64,000 nucleotides of DNA from Eledone cirrhosa. Taxonomy: Eukaryota. Shown here piece by piece: positions 12,892-23,470 of the stretch. Where the stretch lies: assembly GCA_964016885.1 (NCBI GenBank), contig OZ024742.1:120838001-120902000 (forward strand), written 5' to 3'. Each line of letters begins with the position of its first letter. Position 1 is the first letter of the stretch. The notes under the pieces are model-generated. The model searched no databases. It was given only the letters and a program-made list of their open reading frames with translations, and had not been told where the DNA came from. A program made the translations under genes and the position numbers.

Positions 12892-12983
<92 letters not shown>

Positions 12984-13042
12984 CAAGGCTCTGATACCAT
13001 CAACACCATAAAGACAGAGCTGGCATATCTAAGAACTGACTA

Positions 13043-13098
13043 ACTGCCTGATGAGGTCATAGCCATTCAATGGCTATCATCGAAATATATATAGCAGT
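13043..13098 (+). ncRNA. Minimal type I hammerhead ribozyme in a 165-bp element (12979-13143) between (TA)n tracts
   Basis: ACUGC-CUGAUGA-GGUC AUAGCCAU UCA AUGGCUAU CAUC-GAAA-U AUAU AUA-GCAGU: 5-bp stem I, long stem II, palindromic loop III. Confidence 0.82.
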
Positions 13099-13139
13099 AA
13101 ATAAAGGATTATGTGTTCATGCAATTAACTTATGTTTCG

Positions 13140-13219
<80 letters not shown>

Positions 13220-13390
13220 TAAATTTAGTCCTTTATCAGTGATCTACCAACCTTCATAGGTATTTCATCGCTTTAAAGACCATATACCTCCGGTTGGTGC
13301 GAGCAACGGCTAAAGAAAGTCGTTGGGACACGTAAATAGGGGGATCGATCGAGACAGTAAACAATCAAAGATGGTAATACAACGAAAAGT

Positions 13391-13655
13391 GAGGAAGAAG
13401 GAGTCAAGTCCCTGAAATCGATGAACATAAGTTCTGTGAAATCGTGGACGAGAGACAATAAAGACCATCAAACCTGGTCGAAATGTGAGTAAGGAAAGAA
13501 TTTCGCACAGGTCAAACGGGAGGAAGAAGGAGTCAAGTCCCTGAAATCAATGAACATAAGTTCTGTGAAATCGTAGACGAGAGAGAATAAAGACCATACG
13601 ACCTGGTCAAAGTGTGCGTGAGGAAAGAATCTCGCACAGGTCAAACGGGAGGAAG
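13391..13655. repeat. Tandem duplication of a unit of about 129 bp
   Basis: gaggaagaaggagtcaagtccctgaaatc starts at 13391 and again at 13520. Confidence 0.85.
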
Positions 13656-13918
13656 TGGGAGAGGGAGTAGCAGAGAGTGAGTGAGTGAAAGTGTGAGGAA
13701 GAGGCTAACAGAAAGAGTGAATGTTAGAGGGAGTAAAAGGAAGTGAGAGATACAGAGAAAAGGGGAAGCAGTAAGAAAGAAACGATGATGATGATAATAT
13801 ATATATCATAATCATTATTATTTTACATCCACTTTTCCATGCTTGAATGGGTTGGATGGGTCTTTTTCAGCACAGCAGCTCCCCACTCATCATGATCCTT
13901 TGTCATCTCTTCAACGAT

Positions 13919-13974
<56 letters not shown>

Positions 13975-13977
<3 letters not shown>

Positions 13978-14460
13978 TCATCATCGTCGTTGATTAACAT
14001 CTATCTTCTACGCTACCATGGTTTAGATGGGTTTGTGCCAATTAGAGGCAAGTTCGGTCAAGTGACCATGTCTCGCTCATATAGGAGAGTTTCTGGCTGG
14101 TTTTCAACGGCTGGATGCCCTTCCTAACGCCAACTACATTGACAATGTGTGGTGGGTGCTTTTTGCTGTGTCTTTTACACGTCCACTTTATAGTGTGGGC
14201 TGGCTGTTTTGAGGCTGGTTTTCTATGGTTGGATACCCTTCCTAACGCCAACCACTTTTACAGTGTCTGCTGGGTGCTTTTTGTTACCTGGGTGACCAAA
14301 TTAGCAGTGGAGGTAGGTGTTCCAAAAGTACAGTAACCAGAGTGAGAATGGAATGAAAAAAGTTCAGGGAACTACTTCCTCTGCTAACTACAAAAGATTT
14401 TTTCCTTCAAAATGTAGGGCAGATTATATGAGACGTGTATACGAACAGCAACGCTGCATG
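13975..14460. mobile_element. RTE 3' UTR fragment (minus, about 13975-14290) followed by a short RTE ORF fragment (plus, about 14340-14460)
   Basis: (CAT)n, ttaacatc and ggatgcccttcctaacgccaac match 23471-23640; KKFRELLPLL...GRLYETCIRTA matches the intact RTE ORF. Confidence 0.75.
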
Positions 14461-16629
14461 AGCGCTGTGTACAGAGACATGGACGCTGTGTACAGAGACC
14501 TATGTAGATTGGAAAGACAGGGTGGACTTGTTCCTTTTTTCTTTTTTGTGGCACCACCATTGCTGCCTTACTGGGTGGACTGGCACCAGCACTACCTACC
14601 ACCCTGCAGGGTGGACTGGCTGCTTTTTGTCATGACTCCAGCACTATCACCTTACAACATGGACTTTATGCTTATTTTCATGGCACCCACACTACAAGCC
14701 GAAATGATTACTTTTGTCATGGCACCAGCACTACCACCTTACAAGGTGGACTGGGTACTTTTGTCATGGCACCAGCACTATTGTTTATTTTTCTACATTT
14801 TCATCATAAACAAAACATTTTAGGTGAAAATTAAATTATAAAAATCAGAAATATTCTTCCACGTTGGCATCAACTTTCCCATTCATTGGTGCCTGGTATT
14901 ATCAGTTGGTGTTTGGCAGAATAACATCTTCAGAGTTTAGAGGAAAAAAGGAAAAATAATCAAGTAAATATTATAATTCACAAATTCTTATCAGAAATTG
15001 ATCCTTGGTTTAAGTTTAATAATTCATGAAATACACTCTTTTGTCTTTAGGTCACAATTCAACTTACAGGTGATTAATAAGTTTTAAAATCTTTGAAAGA
15101 TGAGAAAGAAACGTTGTTTCTGACAGGAAAAGTTCATTGGTTATTTTTTTTTCCTTTTAGTTCAGTAACATCTAGCGAGGAGACAAATAAAAAAAGTCAC
15201 ATGAAGCAACCAGCTTTTGATTCTATTAATTTATTTTTTTTTTTGTGTAATTTTTCAGTGTATTTTATTAAAGAGAAAGTAAATAAATAAAACCTTAATA
15301 GCTTTCTTATTATATTTAATATTATGAAGTTTTAAAACGTGATATAAGAAGATATGGTAAAACAAGGTGGAGTATCCTATAGAATGCTACAGTGTACATA
15401 CAAACAATATTAGATTTTAATGAAAGTATCAAATTTCTATTAATGAGATGTTGGTTTAATGCTCAGAGTTGATGAAATTAGAAACTGGACTATGACAAAA
15501 CAACTCAACTTTAGTTAAATACAATGTTTGGAGATATAAAAAATAAAATCCAATCTAAAAATGCACCAGTTTATTTATAGATTAATTTTCTCCTCTGTTT
15601 ATCTTTTAAACATGATAAAACAATAGAGAGAGGATGGATTGGTAAGGGGGAGATAGAGTGTGAAGAGAGAAAGTGAGAGAGTGAGGGGAGAGAGAAGGTG
15701 GGAGAGTGAGGGGAGAGGGGAGAGAGTGTGGGGTGAGAAGGTGAGAGTGGGTGGGGAGAGAAGGTGAGAGTGTGGGTGAGAAGGTGAGAGTGGGTGGGGA
15801 GAGAAAGGGAGAGTGAGGGGAGAGGGGAGAGAGTATGGGGTGAGAAGGTGAGAGTGGGTGGGGAGAGAAAGGGAGAGGGTGTGGGGTGAGAGAAGGTGAG
15901 AGTGGGTGAAAAAGAAAGACAAAGACACATGTTGAAAGTGGAATTAATTTTTTATTTCTAGGAAATTGAAGTAAAACAATATTTCAGAGGTAGCATGGGT
16001 GCAGTGTGGTGTGTGCAGCATGTGTTTGTTTATGTGCATGAGTGGGCGAGTGTGTGTGTCTATGTGTGTTTGTGTGTCTTTCTGTGTGTGCATGCATGTA
16101 TGAATATGTGTTTGTGTGAGTTTCTTGGAAATTGGATAAATACACACACACACCCACATATATATATATCATCATCATCATCGTTTAACGTCCATCTTCT
16201 ACGCTAGCATGGGTTAGACGTTTTTGTTCCATTTTTGATGCAGGATTGGTCGGGAGACCGTGTCTCGCTCGTCTCTCCTTTCTATATTTTTCTCCTTTAG
16301 CTAAGCCCTTGGGTACTCTATATTTGTGTAATTTGCCTAAAGACATAACTTGTCTCTACCTGTTTCATTATATCCGAATGAACACTGGAATGAACGGTGT
16401 CGACATTAATTCACTGAAATCATAACGATTTCCAGAGGTTGACTGTGGAGATGGGACTGTCCGTCTTTCCATTGTTTTTTCCATTATCTTTGTCCTGTGC
16501 GCTCCCTATTTTGAATATATATATGTATATATATGTATGTATGTAAAAGGTAAACAGAAATAACAACACAATCGGTACAGTATATGGAATGGATATATTA
16601 GGTTAACGCTTGATATAGCAGGAAGAGGG

Positions 16630-16665
16630 TCTTAACGTTTCGGACGCTAGTCCTTCATCAGAAGA
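16630..16665 (-). ncRNA. Minimal hammerhead-like motif in a short repeat (about 16545-16745)
   Basis: UCUU-CUGAUGA-A-GGAC UAGC GUCC-GAAACGUU-AAGA; the same family is present at about 47640-47885. Confidence 0.6.
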
Positions 16666-16880
16666 AAGAATGAGAAATAAAATAGATTGAGGGGACGGGC
16701 GAGATGGAATTGAAAAAAATGTCTTAAGATAAAAATAACAAGTCCATTCATGTTGACATCTCTTGGAAAACTGTTGGTGCTGGCGTTGTAGAACTCAACA
16801 TGCATTTTCCACACAGAAGTAATGGAGTATTTATAGAATAAAGAAATACAAAGTTTAGATGATAAAGTCCTTTATTGATA

Positions 16881-16962
16881 AGGCCATGATACATATTTCT
16901 AGGATGACATTGTCTACACAATTCAGCGTAGAAGCCACTGCCATACTCTCTTCAGACAGCCT
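16881..16962 (-). ncRNA. Type I hammerhead ribozyme with long stem II
   Basis: AGGCUGU-CUGAAGA-(auggca/ugucau and ucuacgc/guguaga helices)-GAAA-U AUGU AUC-AUGGCCU: 7-bp stem I; the base of stem II is mismatched. Confidence 0.65.
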
Positions 16963-17049
16963 GTTACATAATAAAGTTACAATCAAGGAGGCAATCCAAA
17001 ATTGAAGTGACAAGGGAACAGACAAACAGCGATGTTCATGAATCGAATG

Positions 17050-17141
<92 letters not shown>

Positions 17142-17156
17142 TATACATACATATAT

Positions 17157-17672
17157 GGTTTCTTGGTGAGGAGGGTGACTTTGGACATCCTGCAGGACTA
17201 AAAACAAAACCTGTCAAAGGGCAAAGGAGCTCTTAAGAGTCAATGGCTATCCAAAATCACCGGGAGAGATGACCCCTTAGCCTTTGTCAAGGCAGAATTC
17301 TAGGAGAAGCAAAACTCTGATATAACACCTGCAACCCTGATGGTATCCAATGATGTTGACTTGTTCTTCTTTTTGGTAAATATCATCTTGGTTAAGAGAG
17401 TGGGACTGGCTTTGTGCAGTGCCTTTGCTCACTATAAAAGCTTCACAGCACAGGCATTGCTTTATATCTGGAGATCTCTATGCACTTGTTGTCACATGGT
17501 ACCATGGCCCCAGCACTATGTGTCAATAATTGTCACAAGTGTAGTGTTTGTACCAGAGTTTTCAAGTCGCTGGCTGGACTAAAAAGTCACACTCGTTCAG
17601 CGCATCGGTAGGGGTTCTCCTACATGGATATAAAGTAGTGGCCATACTCAAAAACGAGTTGGCAGCCACCAT
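17157..17672 (+). mobile_element. Probable internally deleted RTE (BovB-like) element with a terminal C2H2 zinc finger remnant, between TA-rich tracts
   Basis: 17531-17611 translates CHKCSVCTRVFKSLAGLKSHTRSAHR*; the 5' part resembles RTE 5' UTRs (from memory). Confidence 0.45.
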
Positions 17673-17804
17673 GTATATATACATATACTATGTTACGGTA
17701 TCAATACATATATAATATGTATGATGATTACGTTTCTCAATAAACAAGCTCAATGGACCTTGGTTCAGAGCATCAATTATTCAAATTAAAAGATATATGT
17801 ATAA

Positions 17805-17911
<107 letters not shown>

Positions 17912-18224
17912 TGAGAGAGAGAGAGGTGGGGAGGAGAGAACCATATTTTGTTTAAGAAACATAGTATTTTGTACACATATACAAAGCAAATAATATTCAG
18001 GAAAATATTCAAACTTTAAGGTGGAAAAAGCTTTTATTTTTCTTATGCCACCATTTCATAGTTAAAAAAAACTTAGTGTTCTTGTTTTTAAGATAGATAC
18101 ATACAACATCCATGAGCAATCTGAAGATAGATAGATAGATTGATTAAAGTCATGATGATTTAGTGGATATATATTTGATAAGGATTAAAGACAATAAGGA
18201 AGAAAATAATTGTAATTGACTTAA

Positions 18225-18583
18225 CCCTTTAGCATTTAAACCAGCCCCGTATCCAGCCAGAATTCTCTCACCTCTTTCTGTTCAAACAGGTTGTAACTGG
18301 CCGCTCATACTTATGTTAAGGTATTGTTCTCAAAATAAATAATGGGTTCTAATATAGGCACAAGGCCAGCAATTTGGTGGGAGGGGGTAGTCGATTAAAT
18401 CGACCCCAGTGCATGACTGGTACTTTATTTTATCGACCCAGTAAGGATGAAAGGCAAAGTTAACCTCAACGGGATTTAAATATCAAAATCTCATAGTTCG
18501 ATATTGTATGAGATATTATGTGAGATAAAGCCTTCACTGTGAAAATATAATAGTAAATATAGAGTAATGTAAATGATAAAGGG
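18225..18583. mobile_element. piggyBac-type MITE with nested SINE A (18344-18480)
   Basis: TTAA|CCCTTTAGCATTTA ... TAAATGATAAAGGG|TTAA. Confidence 0.85.
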
Positions 18584-18664
18584 TTAAATAAATGTAAAAT
18601 GAAACACAGCTATGACCAGAGTGACAAGAGGAGGAAGAGCAAGAAAAAAAATCAAGGTTTCAAG

Positions 18665-18836
18665 CAGTGGTGGAATTAGGACAAATGAGGCCTTGTGCTA
18701 TTTAAGTTGGGCCCTGAATGAGGTAAAAGATATTTTTGGCAGTAAGACGCCCTCCCCTCCCCCCCCCCCCCCGCCTTCCTGGCCAATGGGGCCCTGTGCT
18801 TAAACACACCTAAGTAAAATGGTAAATCCAGCACAG
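18665..18836. mobile_element. hAT-type MITE
   Basis: Imperfect TIR cagtggtggaatta / taaatccagcacag; 8-bp TSD gtttcaag / gattcaag (7 of 8 match). Confidence 0.7.
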
Positions 18837-19443
18837 GATTCAAGCATAGAATGTTGTAATCAAGGAATTATTACATTAAATATTTTTGCCAGGTACTATG
18901 CTAGTATTGTTATAATGCTTTAAATATTGTTATTCTGTCTCTCCTTTCTTCTAATTCTCATCCTCCACCTGTCTTACTCTCCTTTTCTCACTCCCTCTCT
19001 GTCTCTCTCTCTCTCTCACTCACTCTCTCTCTCTCTCATCACTCCCTCTCTCTCTCAGTCACTCACTTGCTCTCCCTCTCTCTCCCCTATTGCTCTCTCT
19101 CTCCCTCTCCCTCTCCCTCTCTCCCTCTCCCTCTCTCCCTCTCTCTCTCTATCTTCATCGACATCACTCTATCATTTTATTATATTCAAAATTTACAGAG
19201 ATAAAAAGCTATATGCCAACACACAATAAACAGGCATGTTATTATATGGAACTACAAATATTGTTGTAAACTGCAGCATATCAAGCTGCTCTGCTCATTA
19301 TTTTGGAGTTTTGTAAATAAATTAATAATCATCAGTGAAGAAAGTGATCATTATAATACCATAAATATTTTCATTGTTATGTTGTTTAAATAGCACCAGT
19401 TACATATAAAGAGAAAAAATATATCTGAACACTTTCATTTCAA

Positions 19444-19677
19444 CCCTCTTGTTACCATATTTATAATGAAATAAACTACACTTGTGTGTCAATTAATTTT
19501 GAAAATTTGAAAAATTTAATGAGATAATTAACCTTTTGATTAATAAGCTGATGTTTGGAATATTACTTAATAAAAATTTCCTAAACAAAATTATGTTATT
19601 TTAATATAAGTGTGAACATTTTAAAATGAGTAGTTGTGTATGATAAAACTAGGGGAGTGTCAGATGGTATCAAAGGG
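19444..19677. mobile_element. piggyBac-like MITE of a second family; a related decayed copy lies at about 23120-23365
   Basis: tcaa|ccctcttgttaccat ... atggtatcaaaggg|ttaa; internal similarity (tcaattaattttgaaaat, tgtttgga) to 23120-23365. Confidence 0.6.
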
Positions 19678-19753
19678 TTAAAAGCAATCTAATAATAACA
19701 AGCACATAACAAAATATCTGTTTTATATGCAATAATGGTTTCTGATATAGACA

Positions 19754-19945
19754 GTGGAGGCACGTGGCCTAGTGGTAAGGGTGTTGGACTTACAAACATA
19801 ATGAGTTCTGAAAATGAGTACCAGCAATAGCTGGGGTTTTAACCCTGCGATGGACTGGCCTCCTGTATTCTCAGTCGCTTCATGCCATGAAACCAGAATA
19901 AGCACCGGCCAAATAAGCCTTCTGGCTTAAGACAGACTTTAGACT
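19754..19945 (+). mobile_element. tRNA-derived SINE of a third family, internally deleted
   Basis: Head ggaggcacgtggcctagtggtaagg; 3' part aaccctgcgatggactggc...gtcgcttcatgcca. Confidence 0.55.
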
Positions 19946-19949
19946 TTAG

Positions 19950-20352
19950 AAATAGACACAAGGCCAACAATTTGGGGACAGGGGAAAGTCGATTAAATCG
20001 ACCCCAGTGCATTACTGGTACTTTATTTTATCCACCCCATAAGGATGAAAGGCAGAGCTAATCTCAGTGGGATTTGAACTCAGAACGTAAAGGGCCATAA
20101 CTCTATGCGGCAAAGCATGTTGTTCGACGCTTTACTGATACTGCCAAACCACCACCCTAGTTCTATATGCAATAATTGTTTCTACTTTAGGCACAAGGCC
20201 AGCAATTACCCAGTGCATTACTGGTACTTTATTTTATCGACCCCGTAAAGGATGAAAGGCAAAGTCAACCTCGGTGGGATTTGAACTCAGATCGTAAAGG
20301 GACGTAACTGTGCTGCAAAGCATGGCCTCCGACCCTCTACCGATACTGCCAA
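19950..20352 (-). mobile_element. Two adjacent SINE A copies (about 19950-20157 long subtype; 20175-20352 short subtype)
   Basis: Match to the family A sequence. Confidence 0.88.
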
Positions 20353-21539
20353 TAATGTTTGACAATGCAGTAAGACTACTAAAATATACAAAGAAAACAA
20401 AAACTGATGAATTGATTCACTTGTGCATTCAAATTTGCCACCAAATATCTTTGGGTCTGACCAAATATCTTTGGGTCTGACTTCATTACTTTTCCCCATG
20501 TCTTCTTGCTCTTCCTTTCTCACAGATACAAGTCATTGACAGCATATGTAACACAAAGGCTACTACTAATGATCAATTCAATCACTTTAAGTTGCGCAAC
20601 AAGAAAACAGTGATTATGAGTTGGTCTACCAGTAAATACAACAGCTTCCTAAGGTGTCACTCATGGGACTGGGTCTATGTTTTACCTAGCAATAGACCTT
20701 TAGTGGTCAACTATGCCATCATGGGAGCCTCAACATGATCACATGGCATGCTAGAAATAGCAGCCATATCTCCCTCATATCACACATTACCTTCTTAAAA
20801 TGAGATAGCTACATTAGATAATGTAGTCTTAGATAAACTATGTCTGAAAAAAAGACAGGATGGTCAAGGGTTTTTTAACAGGATTAGTTTGAAGGAAAAG
20901 ACTATTCCTATGGCCCTCACAGGTCTTCTAAGACAGTAAAATCAATACAGTTAATCTTTATTTCTCATCAAGTCAATGGTGGGCAGAAAAACATTTTTTA
21001 TCTTAACATTTTTTAGTGCCATATAACAAAATGTTAGCACTTTGGATCCCAATTCAGTGCATTTACTCTTGAAAAATTTGGCATCACATGTGCCAGGTAG
21101 TAGAGTTAAGCTGGGCATCAGTTTAGATAAAGTCAAATAGCTGATTTGATTTGACAAATTATTCGATAGCAGTGCATTTATTTATATCAGCTTCAACTGT
21201 TTTATTGAGTTTCTAGCAAAGACACTTAATTCTTCTCAGCTCCTCAGTTCATCTGGAAGATGGTAACAAGTAGCTGATCTCCAAGGAATATTACAAACAA
21301 CAATGCAAACTACAACTAGAAAGTGATTATATTTTCATTGAATTATTACAACAGAAATAAAAGTTAAGCAGTGACCATATATAAGTCAATGTGTAGAACT
21401 TGACTAGAAACTGGTAGAAATAATTTTCAAAAAAGATTTATCTATCAAAGATGTAAGAGTAAAGTAATGAAATATAGAAAATCATGAAATATGTCTGTTA
21501 TGTATATTGATTTCTAACATTGATTTTAGAAGTGTTATT

Positions 21540-22000
21540 TGGCAGGTACTTTATTTCAAATAGTTTACTTGGTTGGTACTTTATTTTAGATGACAGATAA
21601 CTTGTTGGTACTTTATTTTAAATGACATAACTTGGTTGGTACTTTATTTTAGATGACATAACTTGGTTGGTACTTTATTTTAGATGAGATAACTTGGTTG
21701 GTACTTTATTTTAAATAGTTTACTTGGCTGGTACTTTATTTTAAATAGTTTACTTGGTTGGTACTTCATTTTAGATGACATAACTTGGTTGGTACTTTAT
21801 TTTAGATGACAGATAACTTGGTTGGTACTTTATTTTAGATGACATAACTGGGTTGGTACTTTATTTTAGATGACAGATAACTTGGTTGGTACTTTATTCT
21901 AGAAAAGGGGTAACTTAGTTGGTACTTTATTTTATTAACCCTGGAAGGATGAAATTTAAAGTTGGTCTCCAGCAGGATTTGAAATCAGAATATAAAGGGA
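21540..22000 (-). repeat. 32-34-bp minisatellite derived from an internal SINE A segment, running into the SINE remnant
   Basis: About 12 units of ttggttggtactttattttagatgacataac; the last unit continues as ...ttattaaccctggaaggatgaaa...ggatttgaaatcag. Confidence 0.85.
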
Positions 22001-23470
22001 GAATATAAACAGTGTAAAGGATCTAATTAATTCCGTTCCCCATTTAACTAGTAAAAAATGGAAAAGGAAATGCAATGATATGAGATTCATGCCCTTCTCT
22101 ATGTATTATAAGAGTTAGCAACTAAAACTGTGTTACAGTCTTGGTATACTGGCTGATTACCTTTAATTCTAAAGTCCTTGCCACATTGTATTATTCAGAA
22201 ATAACATATTGCAGTTTCAGTTTCGGTGCTTATTCGCGACAGTCTGGTACTTTGTCAAACCCGCGAACACTAGGCTTATTTAGAGGCAGACTTTACTCGC
22301 CTTGTTGTAGCTACGTCACTGGGTTGTGAGAGTTTTCTTAGGAGCCGCTGGTGTCACCCATTGCTCCATCTCCCCTAGTAGTTTACCGCTGTTGGTCTGG
22401 AATTGCTTATTTGTCAGGTAGTTGCCCGCTTATATCGCAACTAGCCATCTTATCTGGTAGCCGTATTGCTATCCACCACCTGCGACCCATTCTCTAGCAG
22501 AACAGCTTCAGAAATATCAGTTTCTCATATTGGTCTAAGATCTTAAACTCGTAAGATAGATGTAGAGTTAGTTGAATTTATCTAGATTTTTTTTTTCTTA
22601 AGGGAGATAATTGGGCAGTCATTAGAGCATTAGATATTTACCCCAGCTCTCTACATTCTGAGTACAAATGCAGCTGAGGTCCACTTTACCTTTCATCCTT
22701 TTGGGTCTAATAATTACTTGTCTAGTGTTGGTGCAGCCCTCTCTCTTCCAGCTGTCATATTCTGGATGTTCCACTAGATCATAGAAAGGAATGTTGAGAG
22801 GATATCTGTGTCTGCTTGTAGTTGTATGGGTACCTAAAACCTCTAACAAAAACATGGTACATACTACCAAGTCATATTCGATTGCAAGTGACAGCTGCAG
22901 GCAAAATCAATATCATTGGCATCTGAACTCACAATGTAGAGTGAGAAAATTAAATATTATGAGACATCTAGTGTTGTATGTTACCATATAATCACCTAAT
23001 ATATGAGGAAATACAAATATCATATATACTAATATTTGTAAAGAGAATATAGCTGATAAAGCTCAAGATAACTGAGGATATTGTGCTCCGGGTCAAATCT
23101 GATCAAGCAGACTTATAATATAACCTTTCATTCCCATATTTCCAATGAAAGATACTGCCTTTGATGTTCAATTAATTTTGAAAATAATCAAGAATTTGGA
23201 AGGATTTAGTAACATAACTTTCTGGTTATTAAACTGGTGTTTGGACTACAATAAAAGTTCTTACATCAAATTATGATGGGATGTTTTTTCGATAAATATA
23301 GATACTTTAAAATAAACAATATCATAAAACCAAGGACAGTTTCTAGTGGTTTGGTATCAAAAGAGAGAATACATGTGTGGGGAACCTTCAAAGGAAAAGC
23401 CACACATGGCCTTGGAGCCACTAAAGTGTAGTCTTCTAGAAAATATCTGGATTTTACAATAAAAATAATA

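Larger units (their letters stand above)
8585..12894 (+). mobile_element. Penelope-like element (Naiad-type) with inverted 5' pseudo-LTR, inserted in (TA)n
   Basis: 8585-8958 is the reverse complement of about 12456-12824; 61-bp direct repeat at 8958-9018 and 12834-12894; TA tracts on both sides; internal RT and GIY-YIG coding region. Confidence 0.92.
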
